DNA of 64,000 bases from the NCBI GenBank assembly GCA_021798795.1, contig JAJZBR010000001.1, positions 3,818 to 67,817 of the forward strand, in the 5' to 3' direction. The translations under genes were made by a program, and so were the position numbers. Of the stretch, positions 38,260 to 48,821 are shown piece by piece. A model generated the notes under the pieces. That model was not told the origin of the DNA, made no database searches, and was given only the letters and a program-made list of their open reading frames with translations. Position 1 is the first letter of the stretch, and each line of letters begins with the position of its first letter. This DNA is from Pseudomonadota bacterium (lineage in GTDB: Bacteria > Pseudomonadota > Gammaproteobacteria > JAKAQQ01).

Positions 38260-41200
38260 GTGACTCAAACCCACCGGCTTTCATCCTCCATGTTGCTTCT
38301 GGCTTGTGCTTTATCAGCCATCATCGTTCTTCCGGGCGCTCAGGCATCCCAAGCCAAACCCGCCCCCTCAGCCCTGCGCCACATCAAACTCAGAAACCTG
38401 GGCCCAGCTATCGCTGGCGGACGCATAACAAGCGTGCGGGGAATCCCCGGGCAACCCCTTGTCTATTACGTCGGTTCGGCTGCTGGCGGCGTCTGGAAAA
38501 CAACGAATGGAGGCAATAGCTGGAAAAATGTGTTTGCCCACGGGGATACGGCCTCGGTTGGCGCCATTACACTCGCGCCGAGCAATCCCAGCCTGGTCTG
38601 GGTGGGAACGGGCGAAGCCAACCCGCGCGATGACATGATCGATGGCGGAGGCGTGTACTTCTCTCCGGATGGCGGTGCGACCTGGGTCTTCAAGGGTCTT
38701 CGCCAGGCCGGGCAAATCAGTCGTATCGTGGTTGATCCCGCCAATCCCGAGACCGTATTGGTCTGTGCGCTGGGCAATGTCTGGAAACCGGGCCCGACCC
38801 GGGGTATCTACCGGAGCGTCAACGGCGGGAAAAGCTGGAAACGGGTGCTCTTTCTGAACAACGAGACCGGATGCTCGACCTTGGCGATGCAACCCGGCAA
38901 TCCCCAGGTCCTGATCGCAGGTATGTGGCAAGTCCGTCGTTATCCCTGGAAACTCGTGAGCGGAGGCCCCTCGAGCGGGCTCTACCGCTCAACCGATGGG
39001 GGTCTGACCTGGACGAAACTGACTCGGGGTCTGCCCGACGCGCCTACCGGACGCAGTGATGTCGCATTCGCACCGAGCCGACCGAACAAGGTCTATGCCG
39101 TGATCCAGGCCAAAGGCGGGGTCCTTTGGGCATCAGACGACATGGGAAACCGCTGGCATCTCGTTTCGAACAACCAGAATGCCGATGTCCGGCCCTTCTA
39201 TTTCACCCAGGTTGCCGTCTCTCCCAAAAACCCCAACCAGATTTTTCTTCTGTCGATGAAACTCATGGAATCGAAGGACGGCGGGAAAACCATGTTTTAC
39301 GCCGACAAGATGGCGCATGTCGACCATCATGCCATCTGGATCGACCCGCACAATGGCAACCGGATCATCCAAGGCAACGACGGCGGCGTCTATGTGACAC
39401 ACGACGATGGCAAAACCTGGCGCTATCTCGACAATCTCCCGATCGAGGAGTTTTATCAGGTGGCGGTGAATGACCACGTCACGCCCTTTTTGGTCTGCGG
39501 CGGAATCCAGGACAACAACGCCTGGTGCGGACCCTCGAGTGATTACTCGCGCGCGGGAGTCAATGGGCTCGACTGGTACATGCCGGTCGGGGGCGATGGC
39601 GAGTACGTCGTTCCGGCACCAACCAATCCGAATGTGATTTACGCGAGTTCCGAAAACGGATATACCGTCCGCTACAATGTCCGAACCACCTTTGCGCCCT
39701 TCATCCAGCCGTATTACCACTCCCAGGCGGGGCACAAGGTCTCGGCACTCAAGTACCGTTTCAACTGGACGGCGCCGATCGCGGTGTCGTACCACAATCC
39801 GAACGAGGTTTACATCGGAGCCAACGTCGTCTTCCGGAGCACCGACGGCGGCACCCACTGGCAGGTCATCAGCCCCGATCTCACCCGCAACGACAAGGCC
39901 AAGGAAGGACTCACCGGCGGACCCGTCAACTATGACATCTCGGGCGCCGAAAACTACGACACCATCGAATCCATCAGTCTCGCCCGAACCAACCCCAACG
40001 TCATCTGGGTCGGTACTGACGACGGACTCGTCTGGGTCACCCGCAACGGCGGCAAGAACTGGCAGCGCGTCACCCCCTCGGATGCCCCCGCCTGGGCCCG
40101 CGTCTACCAGATCGGTATCTCCCCCTTCCACGCCGGCTCCGCCTACCTCAGTTTCGACGCCCACGAGCTCGGCAATAACCGGCCCTACGTCTATCACACC
40201 ACGAACTACGGCCGCTCCTGGCACCCCATCGATCATGGCCTGCCCTCTGACAGCTCGGTCCTCGTGGTCCGCGAAGACCCGAACGACCGGGGATTCCTCA
40301 TCGCCGGTACCATGACCGGTGTCTACTACTCCCATGACCGGGGCAGAAACTGGCACCCGCTGACCGGCAACCTCCCCACCATGCCGGTCTGGGATCTCAA
40401 GTTCGTCCACCACCCGGACAGCCTCGTGCTCGCAAGCCATGGCCGCGGCCTCTGGGTGCTCGATAACCTGAAACCCCTCGAAGGCTTCACCCACACGGTC
40501 GCCAACTCCCCCTTCACACTCTTCCCAACCCAGCCGGGCACCCTCTTCTACACGACCGATATCGGCGATCCGGCCCCGCCGTTCTACTCAGCGCCCAATG
40601 CGCCAGTTGGCGTCCAGATCGCCTATTACCTCAAGCAAACCTACCACCGGACGCCAGCCGAGAAAAAAGCCCATACCACTCCGGTCAAAATCGAGATTGA
40701 AACACGATCCGGCCGGGTCATCTACACGGGCTATGGCCCCGCCCATTCCGGCATCGAGTCCTACGTCTGGAACCAGACCTACACCGGTCCACGCAAGATG
40801 GATTTCGGCCATTACTGGATGTCGCACGGACCCAAGGGATTCATGGGACCCACCGTTGCTCCGGGTACCTACCGTGTCCGGGTTGACGCAGGCGGACGAG
40901 TCGCGACCACACTCGCGCAAGTTGTTGCCGATCCCCGTTTCCACCTTCCCTTGGCACGCTATGTCGCCCAAAGGAATGCCGGACTCGAGCTCAGCAGCAT
41001 GATCACTGCCATGGACACACTCCTCGACCGAATCCACGGCATGCAGGGCGAGTTGGCCGCGTTCCGGGCGAGCGTCGCACGCGATCCGAGACTCAAGGGG
41101 CGGTTTGGCGCGGTACTCAAATCCGGAACCCTCCTCAATCGCAAACTGGAGGCACTTCTGGTTTCGGTTTACAACCCCAAGCGTCAGCACAACGTCTCGG

Positions 41201-41463
41201 AGGGCAGCCTTCGAAACCTGGTTCGCCTGCACCAGAAGATCATCAACACCTACACGCTCGTGATCGGCAACTATGCCCAGCCCATCAATCGACGGATCCA
41301 GCGGATGATCAGCCACCGACGTGGAGAACTGGAGGCGACACTTGCCCGATTCAACGGCCTGCTCGCTACATCCGTAGCGCAGTACAACCGGCTGGCCTAC
41401 GCATCCAAAGCACCCACGCTCATGGCAGGCCCGCCGCTTACCATTGAACCGGCATCACACTGA
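38260..41463 (+). CDS. Secreted BNR/Asp-box repeat beta-propeller protein, sortilin/VPS10-like family, 1067 aa. Paralog 2. GTG start.
   Basis: Same architecture as the upstream paralog (signal peptide, Asp-box repeats). N- and C-terminal thirds are diverged from paralog 1, while the middle 262 aa are identical. Confidence 0.8.
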   Translation: MTQTHRLSSSMLLLACALSAIIVLPGAQASQAKPAPSALRHIKLRNLGPAIAGGRITSVRGIPGQPLVYYVGSAAGGVWKTTNGGNSWKNVFAHGDTASVGAITLAPSNPSLVWVGTGEANPRDDMIDGGGVYFSPDGGATWVFKGLRQAGQISRIVVDPANPETVLVCALGNVWKPGPTRGIYRSVNGGKSWKRVLFLNNETGCSTLAMQPGNPQVLIAGMWQVRRYPWKLVSGGPSSGLYRSTDGGLTWTKLTRGLPDAPTGRSDVAFAPSRPNKVYAVIQAKGGVLWASDDMGNRWHLVSNNQNADVRPFYFTQVAVSPKNPNQIFLLSMKLMESKDGGKTMFYADKMAHVDHHAIWIDPHNGNRIIQGNDGGVYVTHDDGKTWRYLDNLPIEEFYQVAVNDHVTPFLVCGGIQDNNAWCGPSSDYSRAGVNGLDWYMPVGGDGEYVVPAPTNPNVIYASSENGYTVRYNVRTTFAPFIQPYYHSQAGHKVSALKYRFNWTAPIAVSYHNPNEVYIGANVVFRSTDGGTHWQVISPDLTRNDKAKEGLTGGPVNYDISGAENYDTIESISLARTNPNVIWVGTDDGLVWVTRNGGKNWQRVTPSDAPAWARVYQIGISPFHAGSAYLSFDAHELGNNRPYVYHTTNYGRSWHPIDHGLPSDSSVLVVREDPNDRGFLIAGTMTGVYYSHDRGRNWHPLTGNLPTMPVWDLKFVHHPDSLVLASHGRGLWVLDNLKPLEGFTHTVANSPFTLFPTQPGTLFYTTDIGDPAPPFYSAPNAPVGVQIAYYLKQTYHRTPAEKKAHTTPVKIEIETRSGRVIYTGYGPAHSGIESYVWNQTYTGPRKMDFGHYWMSHGPKGFMGPTVAPGTYRVRVDAGGRVATTLAQVVADPRFHLPLARYVAQRNAGLELSSMITAMDTLLDRIHGMQGELAAFRASVARDPRLKGRFGAVLKSGTLLNRKLEALLVSVYNPKRQHNVSEGSLRNLVRLHQKIINTYTLVIGNYAQPINRRIQRMISHRRGELEATLARFNGLLATSVAQYNRLAYASKAPTLMAGPPLTIEPASH
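39754..40538 (+). repeat. 785-bp direct repeat copy B (100% identical to 36415..37199), internal to BNR paralog 2
   Basis: See copy A. Confidence 0.9.
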
Positions 41464-41486
41464 AACGCACCGGTAATTCACTTCTT

Positions 41487-41516
41487 ATGCGGCCTCTTCG
41501 GAGGCCGCATGTTTTA
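41487..41516 (+). terminator. Rho-independent terminator after BNR paralog 2
   Basis: atgcggcctc-ttcg-gaggccgcat is a perfect 10-bp stem, followed by gtttta. Confidence 0.7.
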
Positions 41517-41529
41517 CCGTGATGCAGAG

Positions 41530-41979
41530 GCATGGATTCCCACAGCCCGGCCGATCCGACTTCAAAAGCAGGTCCGGGCGCTGATCGAAACGCTCGTGAT
41601 ATTGACGCACAGGGAATCCTGACTCGGCGACCGGAATCACTGACCAATGACTTTTTCGTGAACCTGTCGGCAGGTGTTGCGCACGATCGTCCCGGGATCG
41701 CCGCGGAGCTGAACCTGGTTCCTCGTCAGTTGGACGATGCTCCTGAGCTCGGAGGTGATCTTGTGGCACTTCCAGACCAGCTGGAAAAGCGTCTTTCGCC
41801 GGGTGGAGCGGGCGGTGACCTGGTCCCGCAAGCGCCTGGATCCCATGTGGAAGATCGCGCACATGATTCGTATGCAAAGACCGCTTATCTTGGGGGGGTT
41901 CGGGGCTTGCGATGAAGTCTCTCTGGATGCCGTCGAAGGCCTGAACAACAAACTCAAAGCGAGTCTCAGCACATCCTAG
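41530..41979 (+). mobile_element. Decayed, frameshifted C-terminal remnant of an ISL3-family-like transposase
   Basis: Translated fragments ..NDFFVNLSAGV.. / ..VILWHFQTSWKSVFRRVERAVTW.. / ..DAVEGLNNKLKAS resemble the ISL3 transposase C-terminal blocks (D-L-F-H, LWHF, EG-N-NKIK). The frame changes near 41700-41740. Both ends are truncated. Confidence 0.45.
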
Positions 41980-42028
41980 GGATATCGCACCTCATATTAA
42001 GGCGATCCACTCTGATGGGTGATTTGCC

Positions 42029-42583
42029 TTATTGTTTGACCGTGCAGCTTGTCCCGGATGGGCACTCCGCAACAACGGAAATGACATCTCTCGCAGAGCC
42101 TGTCACGACGGTGATCGACCCACCGCCGGAAAGATCGGTGGTCTTGTAGGTGCATGGACATCCAGCCGCAGCCGGTGCCATGCCGACCCCGCCTGCAACC
42201 TCGGATTGGGTGCGGCTCAGTCTGGTTTCGGGCAAAGGGTAGACATGCGTACCTTTTGGGAGGACCGTGACGATCGCGATCACCTTGCCTGTGATCATGC
42301 TGTCAACCTGATAAACCTTTCCGCCTCTCGTGAACGGAACATTCCATTCATATACGGCAAACTCTGAATCGGTGCTGATATTGGGCCGCGATGGATGGGC
42401 GGTTCCGAGCCCAGGCAAAAACATGACAGGCCCATTTGCGGACTTGGTTAGAAGAAATTGCTGGGATGCTGATCCTTGAGCATGTGCCGAGACCAGAAGA
42501 ACCGGAGCCACAAACAGAAACAGCAGGGCGCCCAGCAACAAAAAAAGTATGGGGACGTATGGAGTTGATCGGATGGGGGACAT
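42029..42583 (-). CDS. Hypothetical small secreted/membrane-anchored protein (184 aa) with a Cys-containing C-terminus
   Basis: Good RBS (aaggag). Hydrophobic N-terminus MSPIRSTPYVPILFLLLGALLFLFVAPVLLVSAHAQG. C-terminus ..AGCPCTYKTTDLSGGGSITVVTGSARDVISVVAECPSGTSCTVKQ. No family recognised. The track ORF extends spuriously to 42820. Confidence 0.5.
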   Translation of the reverse strand: MSPIRSTPYVPILFLLLGALLFLFVAPVLLVSAHAQGSASQQFLLTKSANGPVMFLPGLGTAHPSRPNISTDSEFAVYEWNVPFTRGGKVYQVDSMITGKVIAIVTVLPKGTHVYPLPETRLSRTQSEVAGGVGMAPAAAGCPCTYKTTDLSGGGSITVVTGSARDVISVVAECPSGTSCTVKQ

Positions 42584-42619
42584 GAGAATACTCCTTTGAG
42601 GCTCATGTAATACACCTGA

Positions 42620-42835
42620 GTCTATCCCCACCCACCCGAGTTTTGTCAAGGGTGGTGTCGAGATCCAAGCGACACCACCCCGAAGCAGAGTCGAGCGTTT
42701 CTTCCCCGCGACCAGACCACCAACCGATCGCGCCGCAGGGTATTTCGCAGCGTTCCTGAGCTCGTCTCGGCCATCAAAGACTATGACGCTTCTCAATAAC
42801 GGCAAACCCAAACTCTTCATCTGGACCTTAGAGAT
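42620..42835 (+). mobile_element. Decayed C-terminal remnant of an IS630-family-like transposase (one frameshift)
   Basis: Translation ..SRAFLPRDQTTNRSRRRVFRSVPELVSAIKDYDASQ* then a -1 shift to ..LLNNGKPKLFIWTLEIH*. This matches the IS630 C-terminal consensus (..RGVFRSV..L..AI..Y...HN.NPKPF.WT). Confidence 0.45.
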
Positions 42836-42897
42836 CCACTGACAGCTTGCAGAATGTCATCCGCACAAATCAGCGGTTAAGTTCCAAACATTAAGGT

Positions 42898-45330
42898 CTA
42901 GACGCTTTCTTCTTCCGGTGGCTGGTTAGCCGTCACTCGTTCCGGTGCGGGTGGCGCATCGCGGTTGGACTCGAAAAGCTGACGCAAAGCCGGTGCCTCA
43001 CGTTCTTGTGAGGTGGCGCCGCTTTGACGCACGTCTCGCACATCCCTACGACCTGCGTTCTGGGTCTCGATCTGGATCAATGGCGCGTCTGATGAATCCC
43101 TGCGCGGGGTCGGCCCGGTCTGCGGGGTTGGCGTATCCACCATTCGAGTTGACGGGTGGCGATCCGACTGGAAGTCAGTACGCAATCCTGTGCCCGGCGC
43201 GGGTTTGGCGAGAGGGGGCTCAATCACCGATTGTGCAGCACCCGTTCCGGAATCGACTTCGTTCACGGCTTTTGGCAATACATCGGCATTCTGCATCTCG
43301 ACATTCACCCGCGGCTCCCGTCGACGGTAACGCCCTCCTCGGTGACCACGACGGTTACGATGCCCGCCATCCGGCTTGGGTTGCACCTCGTGACCAGGCT
43401 CGGCAGCGTTTGCGTCGATTGGCGCTGCCGGGCGGGGACGCGGGGTCGGGGGTGATGAGATTGGACGCCGGTCCTGACGCGGGGCTGCGCGCCCTTCTCC
43501 AAAATCGTTACGGGACCCGCTGCGGGCTGGTCGTCCGGCAGGACGGGGGCGGGGCACGCGATTTTCGCTGCGACCACGCACGGAAGAGGCGGCCGTCAGG
43601 TGAGAACGGCGCTCCGGTTGGGAAATGGTTCTCGGCGGGTCAACGGTGGCCGCGACAGGCCGGAACCAGCGTGCCCGCAACCGCGCCCACCAGGAGCCGG
43701 ATCGATTGAGCGCCCGGTTTTCATGTGAAGCAGCAGGATTGGGGCGCCGCAGAGGTTTGACGGCAGGTTCCTCAAGTCGTCCGGCGCCTGGCACCACCTG
43801 CGGCGGCACTTCGGTTTCATCCGGAGCCAGATTGCCTGCGTATTTTTCGGCCTCGAATAGGCTGCCGTTCGTGGCTTCATTCGCGCGCTGACGTTCGATC
43901 TTGAAGTCGGGTGTTTCAAGCTGGCGGCTTGGAACCAAAAGGATTTGCGTGCGGGTGCGCTGCTCGATCGCAGTGAGCGATGGACGTTTCTCATTGAGCA
44001 GGTAGGTCGCCACGCTCAACGGCAGGTGGGCCACGATGCGACTCGCGCCGTCCTTCATGGCCTCTTCCTCAACGAGGCGCAGAACCAAAAGCGAAAGCGA
44101 CTCGACACTCCGGATCTTGCCCGAACCCTTGCAGCGGGGACAGGTGATCTGCGTGGATTCCTCGAGCGATGCGCGCAGACGCTGGCGTGACATCTCGAGG
44201 AGCCCGAAACGGGAAATTTTACCGACCTGAACTCGTGCACGATCAAGTTGGAGGGCTTCGCGCAGACGGTTTTCCACATCGCGCCGATGCCGCTCCTGCT
44301 CCATGTCGATGAAGTCGATCACGATGAGCCCTCCGAGATCCCGGATTCTGAGCTGACGGGCGATTTCATCGGCAGCCTCGAGGTCCGTCGTGAGTGCGGT
44401 CTCCTCGATATCCCCTCCGCGGGTGGAACGAGCCGAGTTGACATCGATGGAGATCAGCGCTTCGGTCCGGTCAAAAACCAGCCGGCCACCTGATGGCAGC
44501 TGGATTTCCCGTTCGAAGGCCTGGGCGATCTGACTTTCGATCTGAAAGCGGGTGAAAAGAGGCGTGGGTTCCTGATACAGCTTGAGTTGTTCGAGATACT
44601 GCGGCATCACCTGTTCAGCAAACGCCCGCGCTCCCTCGTACATTCGCGCATCATCAATCAGGATCTCTGTGATATCGGTTTTAAGATGATCTCGCAGCGC
44701 GCGCACGACGATATTGTCTTCCTGATATACCAGAAAGGGCGCCTTGCGGACATCTGTGGCCTTCTTGATCGCGCCCCAGAGCTGGATTAGATAATCGAGA
44801 TCCCACTGGACTTCCTCGATCGTGCGTCCCATGGCAGCCGTTCTCAGAATGACACCCATCGAATCAGGGATCTTGAGTCCCGAGAGGATCTGGCGTGCCT
44901 CTTCCCGATCTTCGCCGTCGATCTTGCGCGAGACTCCGGCAGCTTTCGGATTTTCCGGCATCAGCACCATGAAGCGCCCGGCCAGACTGACATATGTCGT
45001 GAGTGCCGCACCCTTGTTGCCACGCTCTTCCTTTTCAACCTGGACCATGAGTTCCAGTCCTTCGGGCAGTCGTTCCCGGACGGATTCGCCTTTCTGGAAA
45101 TATTGTGGATGGATTTCCTTGGTCGGCAGAAAACCGTTCCGGTCGCTCCCGTAATCGACAAACACCGCATCCAGGCTCGGCTCAACGCGGTTGATCTTGG
45201 CCTTGTAAATATTGGCTTTCTTTTGTTCGCGGGAAGGTATCTCGATATCCAGGTCGACGAGTTTCTGTCCATCGACGACAGCCACACGCAGCTCTTCGGG
45301 CTGGGTGGCATTGATCAGCATTCGTTTCAT
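42898..45330 (-). CDS. rne: Ribonuclease E
   Basis: [24 protein letters not shown].. S1 domain, the catalytic domain, and an Arg/Pro-rich disordered C-terminus. Divergent from rluC, as in E. coli. Confidence 0.9.
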   Translation of the reverse strand: MKRMLINATQPEELRVAVVDGQKLVDLDIEIPSREQKKANIYKAKINRVEPSLDAVFVDYGSDRNGFLPTKEIHPQYFQKGESVRERLPEGLELMVQVEKEERGNKGAALTTYVSLAGRFMVLMPENPKAAGVSRKIDGEDREEARQILSGLKIPDSMGVILRTAAMGRTIEEVQWDLDYLIQLWGAIKKATDVRKAPFLVYQEDNIVVRALRDHLKTDITEILIDDARMYEGARAFAEQVMPQYLEQLKLYQEPTPLFTRFQIESQIAQAFEREIQLPSGGRLVFDRTEALISIDVNSARSTRGGDIEETALTTDLEAADEIARQLRIRDLGGLIVIDFIDMEQERHRRDVENRLREALQLDRARVQVGKISRFGLLEMSRQRLRASLEESTQITCPRCKGSGKIRSVESLSLLVLRLVEEEAMKDGASRIVAHLPLSVATYLLNEKRPSLTAIEQRTRTQILLVPSRQLETPDFKIERQRANEATNGSLFEAEKYAGNLAPDETEVPPQVVPGAGRLEEPAVKPLRRPNPAASHENRALNRSGSWWARLRARWFRPVAATVDPPRTISQPERRSHLTAASSVRGRSENRVPRPRPAGRPARSGSRNDFGEGRAAPRQDRRPISSPPTPRPRPAAPIDANAAEPGHEVQPKPDGGHRNRRGHRGGRYRRREPRVNVEMQNADVLPKAVNEVDSGTGAAQSVIEPPLAKPAPGTGLRTDFQSDRHPSTRMVDTPTPQTGPTPRRDSSDAPLIQIETQNAGRRDVRDVRQSGATSQEREAPALRQLFESNRDAPPAPERVTANQPPEEESV

Positions 45331-45691
45331 AATAGATTCTCTCAATGCTGCTCCGAGGCATCGCACTGGAGATCACGTTGTTCTGACAGGGTAGAAACCG
45401 GCTTCAGTCCGCCGGTCGCATGGCCGCATGATTCGCGGCGCAATCAAAATCCGCCTTGTCAGCGCTACGTAACCATGCGAGGCATGGGAGCGCTATGGGT
45501 TTATGGTTTCGGGATCTGGCCCCGCCAGAACCCGTATCAACCGTGTTTCTCACACACAAATCAACTGCGTGTCAGAATAGACTCTCTTTTGTCCGCCGCC
45601 CATTCCGGCAAGGTAGGGCGACAGGCATCGGTAGATAGTATCCACAATTCACCCAAAAAAATCAATAGAGAGATTCATCGTATTGATATTT
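45331..45691 (-). promoter_or_regulatory. Long rne 5' leader and divergent rne/rluC promoter region (about 360 nt)
   Basis: Non-coding gap upstream of rne. In E. coli a roughly 360-nt rne 5' UTR mediates RNase E autoregulation. Analogy only; the structure was not modelled. Confidence 0.35.
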
Positions 45692-46660
45692 ATGAAAAAT
45701 ATAGGAACTCCATCCCACCCGGAAAAGCCCCGTCTAATCACGGAGCAGGAAGCCGGACAACGAGTCGACAACTGGCTTGTAAAATATTTCAAGGGCATTC
45801 CCAAAAGCCATGTCTACCGTCTGATCCGGACCGGCCAGGTGCGAATCAATGGTGGACGAATCAAACCCACTTATCGGCTGATTGCCGGAGATCATATCCG
45901 GATTCCCCCTTTTGTGCCCGCTCTGCGTGCTCCTGCCCGTGCGCAGCCTCGGCTTCGCCGAGCTCCCAACTACCCCATCCTCTATGAAGACGACGATCTC
46001 ATGGTGGTGAACAAGCCCTCTGGCATGGCTGTTCATGGAGGAACCGGCATCACTTCAGGCATGATCGAACAGTTGCGTCTGGCCCAGCCGGAAGGTGCGT
46101 TTCTCGAGCTGGCGCACCGCCTGGACCGCTCGACCAGCGGCTGCCTTATCTTTGCCAAAAATCGCTCGAGTCTGATTGCAATCCATGCCTCTCTGAGAGC
46201 GGGCGGACTCGACAAATGCTATCTCGCGTTGCTCATGGGCAATCCGGACTGGAACGATCGCAAGATTGATGGTGCTCTAGTCAGAAACCGCCCGAGCGGC
46301 GGAGAGCGGATCAGCCAGATGGATGAGCACGGCAAAACCGCCCGCAGCCATTTCAAGATCGTACGCCGCTGGCCGACGGCGGCACTTGCCGAGATCCAAA
46401 TTGAAACCGGCCGCACGCATCAGATCCGTGTGCATGCCGCCCATCTGGGTCATCCCATCGCGGGCGACGAAAAATACGGGGAACGGGAGTTCAACCGCTT
46501 CGTTAAAACCCGTTACGGCCTGAAACGCCTGTTTTTGCACGCTCGTTCGCTCACCCTGCCGCACCCACGCACAAAGCTTCCCTTAACGGTACAGGCCCCT
46601 CTGCCGCCCGATCTCGAATCCACGATCTTGGGCCTGGATCAAGGCGTGGCTTCAAGCTGA
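45692..46660 (+). CDS. rluC: 23S rRNA pseudouridine synthase RluC (RluA family)
   Basis: S4 domain followed by an RluA-family catalytic domain (..HRLDRSTSGCLIFAKN.. with the catalytic Asp). The track ORF starts at TTG 45683; the ATG at 45692 is preferred. Confidence 0.85.
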   Translation: MKNIGTPSHPEKPRLITEQEAGQRVDNWLVKYFKGIPKSHVYRLIRTGQVRINGGRIKPTYRLIAGDHIRIPPFVPALRAPARAQPRLRRAPNYPILYEDDDLMVVNKPSGMAVHGGTGITSGMIEQLRLAQPEGAFLELAHRLDRSTSGCLIFAKNRSSLIAIHASLRAGGLDKCYLALLMGNPDWNDRKIDGALVRNRPSGGERISQMDEHGKTARSHFKIVRRWPTAALAEIQIETGRTHQIRVHAAHLGHPIAGDEKYGEREFNRFVKTRYGLKRLFLHARSLTLPHPRTKLPLTVQAPLPPDLESTILGLDQGVASS

Positions 46661-46720
46661 GATCGCCTGGGATCCCATCCCGACTTACAGGCCATCCGGA
46701 AACCATCCCAAACGCCGCAT

Positions 46721-47344
46721 TCAAGGCAGGGGGTATCCGAACGTACGCAGGAGGTGACTCAGGGCGATCAAGGGTAGCCCGATCAAGGCTGTCGGATCGC
46801 GGGTGACCATGGTCCGGAACAGTGCAGGTCCGAGCGATTCCGCACGAAAACTGGCTGCACAACCCCAGGGCTGATCGATCGAGAGATAACGCAGGATCTC
46901 ATCGCGCGTGAACTCCCGCATCCAGACCCGCGTGTGATCAACAGCGTAGCGTTCCTGGCCGCTGCGTGTATCCCGCACACAGACCCCGGTCCAAAAATCG
47001 ATCTGCTGGCCGGCACTCCAGAGCAGATCGGATGTGGCCTGCCCGCATTCCCCCGGCTTGTGGAGAACCCGCCCTCTGGATTCGGCGACCTGATCTGAGC
47101 CGATGATGAGGTGGTGCGCCAATCCTTCTGCAATCGATGCGGCTTTGAGCCGCGCGAGCCGGATCGCCCTGAGACGTCCGCGCTCATTCGGCTCCACAGT
47201 CTCGCCAGAAATCGGCTCCATGATCGCAAAATCGCTCACGAGCCGCCTGAGCAGCAGCTTGCGGTTTTGGGAACTCGACGCCAGAACCAGTTGAGGGAGG
47301 CCCGCCCGGTCGATCCCGGATTCGACACATTCATTTTGAGGCAT
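46721..47344 (-). CDS. maf: Maf-like nucleotide pyrophosphatase (YceF/Maf family)
   Basis: ..[14 protein letters not shown].. and Maf family blocks. Classic neighbour of rluC/rpmF. Confidence 0.8.
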   Translation of the reverse strand: MPQNECVESGIDRAGLPQLVLASSSQNRKLLLRRLVSDFAIMEPISGETVEPNERGRLRAIRLARLKAASIAEGLAHHLIIGSDQVAESRGRVLHKPGECGQATSDLLWSAGQQIDFWTGVCVRDTRSGQERYAVDHTRVWMREFTRDEILRYLSIDQPWGCAASFRAESLGPALFRTMVTRDPTALIGLPLIALSHLLRTFGYPLP

Positions 47345-47547
47345 GGGGACGACCGCAGGAAAACCGGCCTCATCGTATGAGGTTTATCCAAAGGACGCAA
47401 TGGAGCCCACCCCGGCTCCTTGCCGCACCCGGCACTCATGCCAAGATTTTTGAGCGCAAAACCATTACAATGACGTGCGCAAGCTGCATCCGCCGCGGGC
47501 CGCGCTCATCCGGGGCCTGGGCGACCTACCGCACGTGGAGTGTTCTC

Positions 47548-47748
47548 ATGGCCGTACAGAAAGACCGCAAAACCCGTTCCAAGCGAGATATGCGTCGATC
47601 GCATGACGCGTTGTCACCCGCAACCCTGTCGACTGATTCGACCACAGGCGATCGGCATCTGCGCCATCATGTGAGCACTGAAGGGTTTTACCGTGGGCGG
47701 CGCATTTTCACGCCCAAGCCCGCTAAAACTGCCCCGGCGGATAGCTAA
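47548..47748 (+). CDS. rpmF: 50S ribosomal protein L32
   Basis: [53 protein letters not shown].. is a near-textbook L32. Start is internal to ORF 47377..47748. Confidence 0.85.
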   Translation: MAVQKDRKTRSKRDMRRSHDALSPATLSTDSTTGDRHLRHHVSTEGFYRGRRIFTPKPAKTAPADS

Positions 47749-47778
47749 GTTCCAGCCCTCCCGGCTGCCGAGCCCAAG

Positions 47779-48816
47779 ATGGACCAACCCGGGATTCTGG
47801 CGCTCGATGCCATGGGCGGGGATCGGGGCGCGGAAGTGGTCGTCGCGGCGGCATGGCGTGAACTCGAAATCCAACCTGATCTCGAGTTCATTCTGGTCGG
47901 TCCTGAGGATCAACTGCATGCGCTGATTGCGTCCCAAAAAGGATCCAAGGCCGTACGATCCCGCCTGCATGTCCACCATGCACCTGAGTGCGTGACCATG
48001 GCGGATTCCCCCATCGCAGCCCTGCGCAACAAAAAACATTCCTCCATGCGCATCGCGATCGATCTCGTGCATGCGGGTCAGGCACAAGCCTGCGTCAGTG
48101 CCGGAAACACCGGCGCCCTCATGGTCACGGCCAAGTTCGTACTCAAAACCCTCCCGGGAATCGATCGCCCGGCGATCTGCGCACCGGTACCCACCCGTAG
48201 TGGACACACTCTCATGCTGGATCTTGGGGCCAACTCGGCCTGTACGGCTGAACACCTCGTGGAATTCGCGGTCATGGGCTCGGCCCTGGCGAGCTCCGTG
48301 TACGGCATCAGCGAACCCTCGGTCGGCCTGCTCAACATCGGAACCGAGGAAATCAAAGGCAACGAAACGATCCGACGGGCCCATGAACGTCTCACGTCCA
48401 GCACCCTCAACTATCAGGGATTCATTGAAGGGGGTGATATCAGTCAGGGTCGGCTGGATGTCATCGTGGCGGACGGTTTTGCGGGCAACGTTGCTCTCAA
48501 GACCATGGAAGGCACAGCCCAGCTGATCGCCCAGTTCGTCCAGGAGGAGTTCCGGCGCAACCTCCTCACACAAGCGACCGGACTTCTGGCATACCCCATT
48601 ATCCGCTCGCTGCGCCGACGCCTCGATCCGCGCCAATACAACGGTGCCAGTTTTCTCGGGATTGACGGGATTGTCGTCAAAAGTCACGGCAACGTTGACG
48701 CACTGGGCTTCCGCTATGCCATTCGGAGAGCCTCCAGCGAGGTTCAGAACCAGGTTCCGCAGAAAATCAGCCATCTGCAGCAGAAAGTCAGCTCCTCCAC
48801 CGCCCGAGCCACCTGA
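47779..48816 (+). CDS. plsX: Phosphate acyltransferase PlsX
   Basis: ..LALDAMGGDRG.. and PlsX family blocks. Followed by fabH. Confidence 0.9.
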   Translation: MDQPGILALDAMGGDRGAEVVVAAAWRELEIQPDLEFILVGPEDQLHALIASQKGSKAVRSRLHVHHAPECVTMADSPIAALRNKKHSSMRIAIDLVHAGQAQACVSAGNTGALMVTAKFVLKTLPGIDRPAICAPVPTRSGHTLMLDLGANSACTAEHLVEFAVMGSALASSVYGISEPSVGLLNIGTEEIKGNETIRRAHERLTSSTLNYQGFIEGGDISQGRLDVIVADGFAGNVALKTMEGTAQLIAQFVQEEFRRNLLTQATGLLAYPIIRSLRRRLDPRQYNGASFLGIDGIVVKSHGNVDALGFRYAIRRASSEVQNQVPQKISHLQQKVSSSTARAT

Positions 48817-48821
48817 TCAGC

